This document shows, in pieces, positions 29,105 through 42,434 of a DNA stretch of 64,000 bases. The position numbers were made by a program, and so were the translations under genes. Origin of the DNA: Chrysomallon squamiferum. Taxonomy: Eukaryota > Animalia > Mollusca. The stretch covers positions 372,001-436,000 of the forward strand of contig CM022671.1 in assembly GCA_012295275.1 (NCBI GenBank). The letters run 5' to 3'. Position 1 is the first letter of the stretch; every line of letters begins with the position of its first letter. The notes below the pieces were generated by a model. It was not told where the DNA came from. It saw only the letters and a program-made list of their open reading frames with translations, and made no database searches.

Positions 29105-29959
29105 AAAAATTCAATTAAGTGATCCCTATATAGGTTTTGAACAAATAATTTACTTAAATACGTGTTATTTACGAATAATATATGAGGAGTTGCCTGAGTT
29201 CGAGACTTCATCCAAGGGTGCTGAATGCTTCGTGTGTGTTTTCCAGCTCCGTCCCATGACTCGTGTTTCAAACACCAACGTTTTCACCTTCTTATAAAAA
29301 CATTCGTTGTTTCCAGTCGATAAAATAACCTTTGGACAGACCGGAATGAGGCCCTGAGCTGTGGAAAGTTGTTGTTCTTTGCTTCATGTTTGATAAAAGT
29401 GAATAAGGATACATAACAAATTATTAGAGGCCATTTCAGACTGTGAAGATTCTAAGCTGCACTTTGTTAGCTCGTGTTAAAATCGGCTCTAACACTTGCG
29501 TTACCTTTTACGCATCATAAATATGATAAATGTTATTTTTAAACTGCGTTGAAGTTTCGCTGAACAAATAGGCGTTTATTCATTAAGTTATTACGTAACA
29601 CTCGCACTGTATTAATGCATAGCTGATTCGCTCAGTGTGAGTTAATAACTGAAACAACAGATGGTGACGATTCGACAGAAGGTAATGTTGTTTGATGTTT
29701 GTTGTTACCATATGACGTAATAGACACTGAACGGGCGAGAGAACGAGCGAGATAGACACAGATATACTATTAGACAGAAAGAGTCAGAGAGAAAGAGAAA
29801 CAAAAAAGGGAATGACAGCCAGAGAGAGAGAGAGAGGTTGAGAAAGAGAGAAAAGAAGAAAGAAAAAGAGAAGGGAGGGATAGAGAGAGGTAAACGCCAA
29901 GAGACTGAACAAGTGAGTTTGAAAGAAAAGAGAAAAAGATTGAAAAGAGCAAGAGCCTG

Positions 29960-30031
<72 letters not shown>

Positions 30032-30044
30032 TGTGTGTGAGAGA

Positions 30045-30100
<56 letters not shown>

Positions 30101-30125
30101 CAGAGAGAGAGAGAGAGAAGAGAGA
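28885..30125. repeat. (TATG)n tract (28885-29101) and purine-rich (GA)n tract (about 29820-30125)
   Basis: Direct read. Confidence 0.9.
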
Positions 30126-31885
30126 AAGAGAGAGGAAAGCCGAGCGACAAAACGAGAAAAAGAAGTAGAAAGAAAAGAATAAAAAAATAAAGTAATAAAG
30201 ATATAAAGAAACAATAACACAGAAATAAAACAAGAATAATAAGACATAAACACAGAATTCACAAGACATTTTCGGCTGTTGAATCTTTTTCCAGTAACTA
30301 TTCGTTGATTGAATAAACGACTTAAACAACAAAAAAACAATGTGGGTTTTTTTTAAACGTGTAAAATATACTCTCTAAGAGTAAGCTCTAAGCTTCTAAA
30401 CAAATTACGCCAATTAAGTCTGAGCGCCACCTAGTACACTTTGCTCTCATCTCAAGGGCAATTAGGTGGGGGGGCACGTAACAAGAACCCTTACGTGAAA
30501 TAAGAACTCTCGCTGTCTGAAAACTACTGATAAAGTAGATGGTTTTTTTCCCTGAAGAACTTACAAATCGAAAACCAGGCATTTCCTAAGAATGAAAGAT
30601 TTGCTCGGTTTCTAGATAAGAAATAGTGAAACGTAGTTTGAAAGGTTTGGCTGCCTTCATTATTTATTATTTTTCCAAAAAATCATCATGGGTCATTTAT
30701 GTCTGCCACGTTATCCTGCTTAGGTTTGCCAGCCAATATAAAAATGAAGATACACAAGATCACGAAGTTGGAAAGCAAATTTAAAGACTACTGGCAGCTT
30801 AAAATGAAATAAAATAATAATAGTGGACTGATTTCTGAAAAGTTATAGTAATAATTAAATAGTTCAAAAATGAATTAGGAATAAAAAAATGTTTAAGATT
30901 TATATATATATTTGTTTTTAATTAGACTTAGTCTTTAGCTTTAGTTATAGTAGAAAAATGATAAATAAATATTAAAAAAAAATTCTGTATTTTAATATTT
31001 GCAAGTAAAACTAATTCTGTAAGGTGCAGTTATTGTGCAGATTTATAACATATGTTAAGTGATTAGGTTTTCGTTAGTTGGCTTTCTCAGTAAAAACAAA
31101 CCTTTGTGTCCTCCGTGTTATAATTCAGTACAGCAGCAGCAGAATAGAACAAAAATAAATTAAACTATTTGTAAATAAAATATAAATTATTATTTATTTT
31201 ATTATTATTATTTTTTTATTTTTTTATTTTTATTTTTATTAACTTTTTTTTTTACGAAAAGGAGGCTACAAAAATTGCTATGTATCTTTAGTTTGATTAT
31301 CTTTACATGCATTACGCCACAGTAGAACTGCTCCAAATGATTCTAAATTATGTGAACGCAACATTGAAAGAGTAAATATTTTCTTTAACGACGATGCAAC
31401 TTCGCTAATTCTTTTAGCAATGTTTACCGAAAAGCAGAAAGGAGAGGTTTATTTATAACAGGTTTCAGTGGCGTTTTCAGCTTTCAAGTTTCAAATACTT
31501 TTTAAATCTTGGGCTCCGCGTTAAATTTTATACAACGATAGAAGTATGATTATAACCATATACATATATGTATATATATATACACATATGTACTTATGTA
31601 TATATACATATACGTCACTTTGAGTTCACACAGAGTTCTAACTGGATACTGCCGATCATATTAGGAATCCTTGATCACTTCTAGAACCTACAAGCATAGT
31701 AATCAACGAAAAATCAGCCAATGAAAATGAAGTAAGCCAATTAAAGAGGCTAACTTTAATGTGCCAACACAAAGCATTGTTAAGAAAGAGACCAATTCAG
31801 CCATGGAAATAGAAAAGTAGTATAGGTTAGCTTTTGATAAACTGACCGAGAACTATTGGTTTTATATATAGTCATAATTGTAATA

Positions 31886-31955
31886 GCAGCCAGATGAATT
31901 GAACCTGTAGCCTATCGCTTGTATAGCCAATGTTCTATTATAGAGCTAACGGCGG
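31886..31955 (-). mobile_element. Degenerate tRNA-like sequence (tRNA-derived SINE head or tRNA pseudogene)
   Basis: Minus strand reads CCGCCGTTAGCTCTATAATAGAACATTGGCTATACAAGCGATAGGCTACAGGTTCAATTCATCTGGC: A-box-like TAGCTC...AG and B-box-like GGTTCAATTC at tRNA-like spacing. Stems are degraded, so not a functional tRNA. Confidence 0.4.
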
Positions 31956-32769
31956 TTCAGTTTCACAAAGTGGTGTAATCTTACACTGTAAATTCTTTAA
32001 TCTTTTCTCTGCTACTTTTATCGTTCGCACTTAATCGCCGATAAAAGCAGCTGATACGGGATTACAGCGGCAAATCACGTCAGACGTGTTTAATTGAAAA
32101 ACTTCAAGATCTGAGCAAAACATTCTCAAAACGTTCACTGACTTCAGAAGGTATGTATCAAAACGGTCCAATATCGGGCTGCCATCTTGAATAATGGGAC
32201 ATCTGAACATGCTGACATGTGCGCATGCCTGTTGACTTCAAATCATGCGTGCGTGTGCTGTTTTTTTCTTTTCTGGCCAATGAGAAGCCACACAAGAGTG
32301 TTCTACCAATAGGGCTTGTCTGCAGATTTAACCATCTGTGTGTTCTGAATTAACTTGATATTTGGCAGCCTGTTCATTTATACATTAAGCTTTTTTATTT
32401 CAAGAGTCACAGAGTAAACCTGTAATGGCTTTCCAGATACTCTCCATTTATGTAACCAAATTTGCTACTGATGTACTTATTTTTAGCGACACTGAAGTTT
32501 ATCATCAGTTTTCGTCTCTATGAAATCCTCCTGCTAATAGCCATCTTCCATCAAAATGCACTAAGTCGAGTCTGATAACGATAGGCCACTGACTCGACGT
32601 TTCAGTCTTATGCAGTTTTCTGTAATGTATTACCATAAGATATCAGGTATCTCGAAGTTCCTGTATACTCTACGGTAGCATCCTAAATCTAGCCTGCAGT
32701 CATAGTACATTACATACACACCCATAAACAGGTCCTCTGCGAGAAACTCTTAGCCAAAATTAGATAAGC

Positions 32770-33568
32770 ATCTCTAAACAACTGCTATACGATATTAGGT
32801 ACAAATCTCTAAACAACTGCTATAAGATATTATGTAAAAATCTCTAAACCATTGCTATAAGATATTATGTACAAATCTCTAAACCATTGCTATAAGATAT
32901 TATGTACAAATCTCTAAACCATTGCTATAAGATATTATGTACAAATCTCTAAACCATTGCTATAAGATATTATGTACAAATCTCTAAACCACTGCTATAA
33001 GATATTAGGTACAAATCTCTAAACCATTGCTGTAAGATATTAGGTACACATCTCTAAACCATTCGTATAAGATATTAGATACACATCTCTAAACTAGCAC
33101 ATTGTTTAAGGATATTAAGTGGTTCCGAAAACAAAAATGTTAGGTATTAAATGTCAAACCAGTGCTATAAAGATATTAGCTACAAATCTAAACCACTGCT
33201 TTAAGGATTATACGAAATCACTGTATAAAATATGTACAAATCAAAAGATTATGCCATTGATAAGATATTATAAAATCTCTAAACCATTGAGATATTATGT
33301 ACAAATCAAACCACTGCTGAGATATAACAAATCTAAACCATTGATAAGATATAAAATCTTGCTGAAAAGATATAACTCTAAACCATTCGAGATATTATAA
33401 CTCTAAACCATTCGTATAAGATATTATAACATCTCTAAACTGAGTTTATTATAACTCTACTGAGATATTATAACTCTGCTGAAATCTACTGAGATATTAT
33501 AACTCTGCTGAGATATTATAACTCTACTGAGATATTATAACTCTACTGAGATATTATAACTCTACTGA
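32770..33568. repeat. Minisatellite: 35-bp unit (AAATCTCTAAACCATTGCTATAAGATATTATGTAC) grading into a 19-bp unit (GAGATATTATAACTCTACT)
   Basis: Period 35 from 32821 to 32856; period 19 across 33491, 33510, 33529. Confidence 0.92.
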
Positions 33569-33904
33569 CGTAGATCTGCAACGTTACTTAGGTCATATTT
33601 TCTGTACCAGGACGGTATAGCAACACACAGAACCCGAGAACTTCTGTTCAGTAATTCATATCATCGGTCAATGCTAAATTATTTTCCGACGTGGCAACAC
33701 TTTTCTGACAAGGCTGGCATATTGTATACAGTCTGAGAACATAACATGATCCGTTTCATCAGTGAGAGATGTAAATACCTTTTCGAAATGAAATAAATAC
33801 TAAAAAAACAATTCAAAACATTTTAATATTAAAGATAATTAGTCTTGCAGGTTTTTTCGTTTTTTTTTTTTTTTTTTTTTTGTTTTTTTTTGTATCCGGT
33901 GACA

Positions 33905-34075
33905 TTTGAGAGGAAACCCGATGCTATCATGCATAGGTTGTCTTTATCGATTTGAGCAAGATATATTTTTTTAATGGCAGGAAGACACACACCTTAATCT
34001 TTTGTAAGTATAGAGGTGTAAAGGCTGGAATGGAAATTAATCCAGTGAGCGCTATAAAGGTTTGATCTATGAATC
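33905..34075. mobile_element. Degenerate fragment of a dispersed SINE-like repeat (related pieces at about 12030-12140, 34525-34585, 37040-37070, 37580-37670, 40470-40530 and 63560-63730)
   Basis: Shared collinear motifs: GAGAG(G/A)AAACCCG, AGCAA(G/AG)..TTTTTT.AT, GG(C/T)TGGAA(C/T)GG.AA(T/A), and AGG.TTGATC(C/T), the last being B-box-like on the minus strand. Aligned by eye only. Confidence 0.4.
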
Positions 34076-34940
34076 ATCATGTTTTAGCTGTCCTATAACA
34101 GTTCTTCACTAATGCGTAAACCAATATTTTCATGTATTTTCGTGATATGCTTCCCTTTCCCTATCTCTGCCAATGAACCGTAAACATCTGACTTGTATTG
34201 GTTTACAGCATGGGAATGTTAAACGTATCACCAGTGATTTGGTACAACACAGTATTTCTTTCTAATTTAGAACATTAACTGTATCTGAGAATAAATAACT
34301 GAATGAACTGAATGAATGAAATAAAGTAACAAACGAATGAGTGAATGAATAAAAAATGAAGTAACGAATGAAAAAGCCAATGAATGAATGATTCGTTCAG
34401 TCAGTGTTTGTTTAGCATTTCAGAAACTTAACACAGAAATAAAGAGGAAACACGCTGTCTCAATAGCTGACAATATTCACAAAACAAAGCATCTTCTCAT
34501 ATACAGAGGCTTTTTCAGCTGAATGGAGTCTGTCTGGAACGGGAAAGATCCCAAAGGTCATTACGAAGAGGGCTGAATCTATACCTTAGAAATAACATTT
34601 TACTTTTTCTCTCTACATGAATTCACAGAGAAATGTCTATAACCGAAGTAACTCTTGTTTTCACTTCTTGTACAGTCTCGAGTCCGGCAAACAGTTACAC
34701 GTGTTGGTTTAAAACTGTCTGTTTATTTACGTCAGAAACGTAATCCGTCCTGTGTGCGGCTCTCACAGCGTTACCACTCAGAAAGTAACGTACGTGAAAC
34801 AGTAACGTACACAGCTAGGAAAACACTGAAATTTCTCTGTTCTCAGCGATGAAAAGTAACGATATCAAATGTAAAATAGTTACTGTTTTGACGGAGTTTA
34901 TTTATTTTATGTCATTTTGTGTCATTAATGTATTCTCTGT

Positions 34941-34983
<43 letters not shown>

Positions 34984-35374
34984 TTGGTTTGTTTGTTTTA
35001 TTCAGTCAGTCTTTCTTTTCATTTTCTTGTTTTCTTTTTCTTTTTTAACTGAATAAACTGAGAATATATGAATAATTTAGAACCAGCACGGTCTATTTCA
35101 CAGAGACAGATTTGAATACAGACATCAGAGAGACAGAAAACTATATTCATGAACGTATGTACACTACAGACATACAGCCGAACAGACAGCAATATTTTAA
35201 CAATACAGACATAGAGACAAGCATGTAACACTATTCATGTTTGAACAATGCAGATAAAACTGATAATACTACTGGTCCTGCAGGCACGATAAACAGTGGT
35301 AAAATATCATGACTAGATACATTTTATATTTTCCATCATTGACCAACTATATTTACTTCCATAAATTATATATA

Positions 35375-35433
<59 letters not shown>

Positions 35434-35535
35434 TATATATATATATACTGTTCCAAGTTACTTTTGTAAGAGTTTAACTGCTGCTTCAGACCTTAAAAGA
35501 CCATTTTGAAAACAGCTTCAAATATAAAAAAATAT

Positions 35536-35572
<37 letters not shown>

Positions 35573-35874
35573 TTACTTATTAAATTACTAATTTTGTTTT
35601 GATGTGTTTATAGGCGAAATGAAATCAGTACCCATGAATCTACTATTCTCGAGAGTGGTGAGTTGAGATATAAAAAAAGTTAAGTTTCATTTAGTTTCTG
35701 TGTTATTAAGGATTGCAAGATAAAAACTGGTTTAATGTATCAGCTTTATCCTGCGGAGTTTAGAACTCTGGCCCGATGATGCTCAACATCCAGTTGTTCA
35801 CTGTTTATATTTGTATTTTCTATTTTTCTTGACAGAAACGTAAATATTTATCTCTCTCGCTCTGGATTTCAATT

Positions 35875-36097
<223 letters not shown>

Positions 36098-37666
36098 CCT
36101 CTCCATATGTTTCAATCTTGTAAACTAGTGAGCTATGTCGACTGATCTAGACAACGCTGTTTGGTACTTTTATCTGCTGCAATTGTACACCTTTTGCATG
36201 AAGTGTTTAGATAAATGTGGTGAATAATTGAGCTGGTATTTAACGATATGTTACAGAATACGAAGATCAAAGGTAACAAGAAAATATGAAACATATGGCG
36301 GTGTGTTTTATAAATAACAGCACATTGATTAGTATAATACAAATATCATATAAACTGGCTGCTATCCCAGTGAAAGCTGATGTGCAGACAGGTAATGACT
36401 TTTATAAACTGCTGGAGCTTAGGTTAGAATGGGAAATATCTATTTGGGCTTAGTGAGAGAAGCAGGCATAGACACAGGGAGAGATAGGAGAGAGAGACAG
36501 ACAGGCAGACACAGACAGACAGACAGAAAGATAGGCAGGAGTCGAACAGACACGCAGACCAACAGATGAATAGTCAGACAGACAGACAGATAACAGTGTG
36601 AAAATAAATATTAAATAAACAAGCTGAAAAACCTTTGTTTCGAAAAACGTTTAGCCATAAGATAAAAAAAAAAAATCATTTTTTAATTACATTTTAATTT
36701 ATTTTATTTTGATTATTTAAATATATGTTGTTCTTGTGTTATTGTTTTTATATTCTGTTGGATCTTATTTATGTATTTGTTTTATTTATTATTTCTTTAC
36801 TTTCTTAGTTATTATTATTTTTCGAAACGTTTGTCTTTCTTTCTTTCTTTTTTTTTTTACTTTCTTTTTTTAATTGTGGTTGTTGGGTTGCTATTTGTGT
36901 GTGTGTCTGTGTGTGTTAACGGTTCGTGATTGAAGTTTTGCTTTTCTTTCAAACAAGAATGTTAACTAGTTAAATAACATTCTTCATATAACAACGCAAC
37001 TTTAGACATTTACAAAATGTGACGTTACGTTATTCTGAAATCGCTGAGAGAAAAACCCGCTGTGAAGTCACACACTCCCTGAAAGAAAAACAAACTCGAA
37101 GCGAATGAATGAATGAATGAATGGATGGATGGATGGATGGATTTTGCCTACCAGTTTCTTTCTGATCATGAATATGAAGAGGTAACTATCGAATATTCAA
37201 CTTTTTTGTTGTTGTTGTTATTATTATTATTATTATTATTGTTTGTTTGTTGTGCTGTTGTTGCTTTTTGTTTTGCTGTTGTTGTTTGTGTTGTTGTTGT
37301 TGTTTTTTTTTTTTTTTTTGACTGTTTTGTAATTTTTACCTTTCTTTTTTCTTTTTTTCTTTTTTGGTGGTGGGGCGGGTATTTCTTTACTTTAAAAGAA
37401 AAATACATAAAAGGAGTATTTTTTCCCCGCATCTTTAACGTCAATGAAAATATCACTGAGTGTTTTTAACGTGTTGATCCACATTTTATTGTTTTTCGTA
37501 AACTGACTGCACAGGACATTTAAAAAGCACCTCGCCAGAAAATGTAATAACACAGTTCTAATAACACAGTTCTAATAACCCCTGGTTTCAGCGGGAAGTA
37601 ACTCAGCTGGTGCTATGTGGAGGGTTGATCTCGTATCCTCTCGCTCTACATGAGCAGTCTGTCAAG

Positions 37667-38550
37667 TCTGGTTACTGGGTTATAACAACACTCTGGTTAC
37701 TGGGTTGTAACAACACTCTGGTTACTGGGTTGCTATGTGTCAAGTCAGTGTAACAACACTCTGGTTACTGGATTGTAACAACACTCTGGTTACTGGGTTG
37801 TAACAACACTCTGGTTACTGGGTTGCTATGTGTCAAGTCAGTGTAACAACACTCTGGTTACTGGGTTGTAACAACACTCTGGTTACTGGGTTGTAACAAC
37901 ACTCTGGTTACTGGGTTGTAACAACGCTCTGGTTACTGGATTGTAACAACGCTCTGGTTACTGGGTTGCTGTGTGTCAAGTCAGTGTAACAACACTCTGG
38001 TTACTGGGTTGTAACAACACTCTGGTTACTGGATTGTAACAACGCTCTGGTTACTGGATTGCTGTGTGTCAAGTCAGTGTAACAACACTCTGGTTACTGG
38101 GTTGTAACAACACTCTGGTTACTGGGTTGCTATGTGTCAAGTCAGTGTAACAACACTCTGGTTACTGGGTTGTAACAACACTCTGGTTACTGGGTTGTAA
38201 CAACACTCTGGTTACTGGGTTGTAACAACGCTCTGGTTACTGGATTGTAACAACGCTCTGGTTACTGGATTGCTGTGTGTCACGTCAGTGTAACAACACT
38301 CTGGTTACTGGGTTGTAACAACACTCTGGTTACTGGATTGTAACAACGCTCTGGTTACTGGATTGCTGTGTGTCAAGTCAGTGTAACAACACTCTGGTTA
38401 CTGGGTTGTAACAACACTCTGGTTACTGGGTTGCTGTGTGTCAAGTCAGTGTAACAACACTGGTTACTGGGTTGCTGTGTATCAAGTCAGTGTAACAACA
38501 CTGGTTACTGGCTTGTAACAACACACTGGTTACTGGGTTGCTGTGTGTCA
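37667..38550. repeat. Two-unit minisatellite: 25-bp TGTAACAACACTCTGGTTACTGGGT and a 43-bp version adding TGCT(A/G)TGTGTCAAGTCAG, with a 304-bp higher-order period
   Basis: Period 25 from 37683 to 37708. A block of 7 short plus 3 long units recurs at 37842 and 38146. Confidence 0.95.
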
Positions 38551-38731
38551 AACATGTTAGGTGACTCAGAGGGAAGAGTTGTCTTTCCCTCAACCTTCTA
38601 CCTGAAAACACTTAGTCAGCAGAGTAAGTGATGGAAGACGTCATTAATCAAAAATTTCTTCGGTGTGATTTGATCCCGTATTCCTCAGAATAGTGATTCA
38701 TTTTAACCGACAAAATAAACTAATAAATATA

Positions 38732-38762
<31 letters not shown>

Positions 38763-39486
38763 ATACAGTAAAAAGTTAAAAGAATTTTTTTTTATCTCTG
38801 ACATCGTTCACGTTTGTTCCTAAGGCAATTAAAATACCTTTTATAATTTACTAACATTTTCCATCTGTTTGCCAAAATGTTCACGAACGTAAAGAAAGAA
38901 AAAAAAAATGTGTAGTAATTTCTGTACCACGGCATGGCTGGAAAAACGCGCCAAAGTTGATTTGTAATGGTAATATGTAACTATGTCAACAAGTAGTTAG
39001 TTGTGAGGGAAACTGAATTTAATCTGCTGCTTGCCAAAACACACTGAGACGCGCACATTACTTTTGGCTCATACGTGGAAGAATTATGCCACGCAAGTCT
39101 GAAATTTAGTTACGTGAAACCGAAATCGTGCATCATCGTAAACGATGTTTTTGTAGACGTAGTCGTTTACACAAAGAAAACTAGGCATGCACCATAAAGA
39201 ACATTTGGCGTAACCAACGGAAGAATAAAAAGAAATTGGCAAGAAAAGAAGTTCATATTGGAGAACAGGGCCACAGGCTCTGTGGTTTAAAGTTGCTTTT
39301 TGGACGACTGTGTGTTGTAAAGTGGCAACATTATTTACTATTTTTAAGGATGACGTTATCACTTTTATTTATTTATTTATTTATTGCTGAAGATATGTAC
39401 AGAACGTTATAGTGAAAGTACGATGAAAATACCAAAACGAGTTATAACGATCGGTACCTGGATTTCATCCATCACTTTTCTTTTTT

Positions 39487-39489
<3 letters not shown>

Positions 39490-39572
<83 letters not shown>
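39490..39572. repeat. (CT)n microsatellite
   Basis: Direct read. Confidence 0.95.
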
Positions 39573-39576
<4 letters not shown>

Positions 39577-41431
39577 AAATATAACATATAAATATAACTG
39601 TGTGTATCTCCCTTGCTTTTCTCTCTAACATTAACGAAATGTTTACTGTATGTGTAAGGCTTCAAACGACTGTTATATAACTGTTTAAAATGTCACTTGT
39701 AATAATAGTTGTTGTGTAAACAAATGGGTTAACAAACTTTTAGTGTGGGACTTTCAGAGGCTGAGCATAAATAGTTAATTTTACAGTCTGTAATATTTTC
39801 TACCTTCTGCACACGCACACGTACTTTCTTTCCTCTGGGGTATGGGTAGATGGGGGGAGAAAGAGAGAGAGGATGAGTAAAATAAATGAATGAAAGCGTG
39901 AGAAAATGAGTGAGAGAACATCAGACAGAAAAAAAAATGAGAGACAAAGAGAAGGAGATAGAGGAAAAGACCGATAGATAGAAAGAAAGAGACGGAGAGA
40001 AGAATCTTCTTCTTTGTAAACTGTTCCACGTGTGTTAAAGCACTACCTAATCTGACCGAGTTCTCATTTCAACATTCCAGTCTACAATCCTCTGTAACCG
40101 TTATCTACCATAGTAAATCTTCGCCTTCAATAGTTACTATAGTAAACTAGCTGATGTAAAAACAAAAATTAAAAATAATGTTTACTTAATAGCAATCTCT
40201 GGAAACAGAACCTATCCTTCCCCCGTCAAATAAAAAAAAAAAAAAAAAAAAACAAACAAACAAACAAACGGAAAAAAGATAATGGGAAAAAAGATATATC
40301 ACATCTTCAAAAATAACTAAAAATAAAAATCTAGAAACTGTTATAGATTCTTACTTAATTCAAAACATATGAATGAATATTTTTTAACAACTTAGCGTCT
40401 CTTAATAACAATCCTAAACCAAGAAATGTTTTATAGTCACCTTCAGAGTAAATATATGGTTTTTGAACTTGAGTACCAGTTGGAACTGGAAAAAGCCTAT
40501 TTTGTCGCTCGTACAGAGAATGACCTACCGCGCCTTTTCCATTCGACTTTTTCTTGTTCCTTTATTTGAGAGGTGAGCGTAATTCGTGTTGTCGAATTTT
40601 ATTAAACAAAATAATCTTAATTCGTATTCATCAACACAGCGTAATCGTGGGTGAAAAAGAAAAACGAAAATGTATTTTTTATTATACTAGGCTACGAGCC
40701 AAACTGTGTAACATTCCAAATATATATATAGTTAGCAATACTGACTGCAATTAAGAGAATATTTATATATATATTTATATTAAACTTTTTAATTTAGACT
40801 TTTGTTTATTTTTCTTCTTCTTCTATCTTTTAATGAATGTATAAAAAAAAAAAAAAAAAAAAATCGTTTCCGCCTCTATGGTTATTTCTGAAAACAGGTG
40901 TGAAATGTGGCATCTCTAACAACATCAAACAGAAATAATTAATAAAATAAATATTTAAAAATTTACTTTTGAACTGCAGCACAACCGACGCCTATTAATG
41001 ATGATGATGATGATTAAACTAATCATATTAATATTATTTCATTTTGAATTTATTTATTTATCATTACTGTTGTTTCTTGTTCTTCATATAATTATTATTA
41101 TTTCTTCTTCTTCTTCTTCTTCTTCTTCTTCGTTGTCATCCAGCTGTTTCTCTTTGTTTACTCTTTAGTAGTTAAGGTTCATGTGAATGACGTCGTCATT
41201 TTTAGCGGTCCGTCACGCCACGTGCAAAGTTCTATTCTACTTTTACGTCACGAGTCTTCTTTTCCTGATAACAATCTCCTCACAGGCTCCTCGTGACGTC
41301 AGTCTTACTGTTACGGATCTTACGTCACGCGCTCTTTGCTAACGAAGTCATGCAAAACGTTTATCAAAGAAGTTCTGGTGAAGATATTATTTTCCCGTGT
41401 ATGTGCGCCTTATCACAACAAATAACGAAGC

Positions 41432-41468
<37 letters not shown>

Positions 41469-42434
41469 AATGGGGGGGAATGAAAGTAATATATTCATCT
41501 CGCTAAGAGTATAAAATGATTATCGCAGGTATTTGATAAATTTCGTTTGGCACGCATACAATAATCCACATTACACACACAGCCGAACATGTAGTGCACG
41601 TGATGTGTGTGGCGTATTGCAACAAAGTGCAAAAATAACCAAGACAAAAAAAAAGAAGAGAAGAATAACGCTTGAGCAGAACGGCCATTGTGAATGACAC
41701 GGCGCCGAGGTGCGAGGTGAGAGACGTGCACGGGTTTATTTCAGAGTCTCGTCTTGTTTAAACTCCAAGCTCAAACTGGCTTACGCAGGTGTCGGATAAA
41801 CCACTTAAGCATACAGCATGCGCCTATTACGTCATCGCCATATGTGTAAGTGATGACGGGCTGGTCTGGATGGGAAAAGCAGAAAGATTTGACACCCGCT
41901 TTCCGCGCTTGCTTCACGCGCTCAGTGTTTGTTTGTTTCACTTCGGGAATGATGGTTACGTTCGAACATTTACGTCTGGTCTCGGCTAACATTTAATTAA
42001 TACTGTTTGATCGTTTATTGTCAGAGAAGGAAATTATGTAATTACTGGAAGAAGTTGCAAATAGGTTTATTTATTTATTTATTTATTTATTTATGTCTTG
42101 CCAACCAAATTTAGAAATTTTATTTTAAAATACGAAGACGTTATTTTTAAAATAAAAAGTTCTGAATTGTACCGTGTTTAGTAGTAGTTGTTGTTACTGT
42201 TCCTGTGGTTGTAGTTGTGACAACAACGAGAGCCGTAGGTGTAATAGTAGCATCAGTAGTAGTAGCAGCAGCAGCAGCAACAGTTCTAGTAATACTAGTA
42301 ACATCAGCAGTTTTCTTCCAGTCTTCACTCTTAATTTTCAATGCTCTTTTTGTTAACAACATCAGCTAGACATTACACTGAAACACATTTCTTTCTTTCA
42401 TTATACTCCATTTACGGTATTCACTGAATCAGAT

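Noticed and set aside
31886-31955. Functional tRNA gene
   Set aside because: D-loop GG is absent, and the acceptor, anticodon and T stems do not pair properly.
37667-38550. CRISPR-like appearance of the palindromic-unit array (also 20219-20400 and 26986-27502)
   Set aside because: No unique spacers, no cas genes, and eukaryotic intron context; these are minisatellites.
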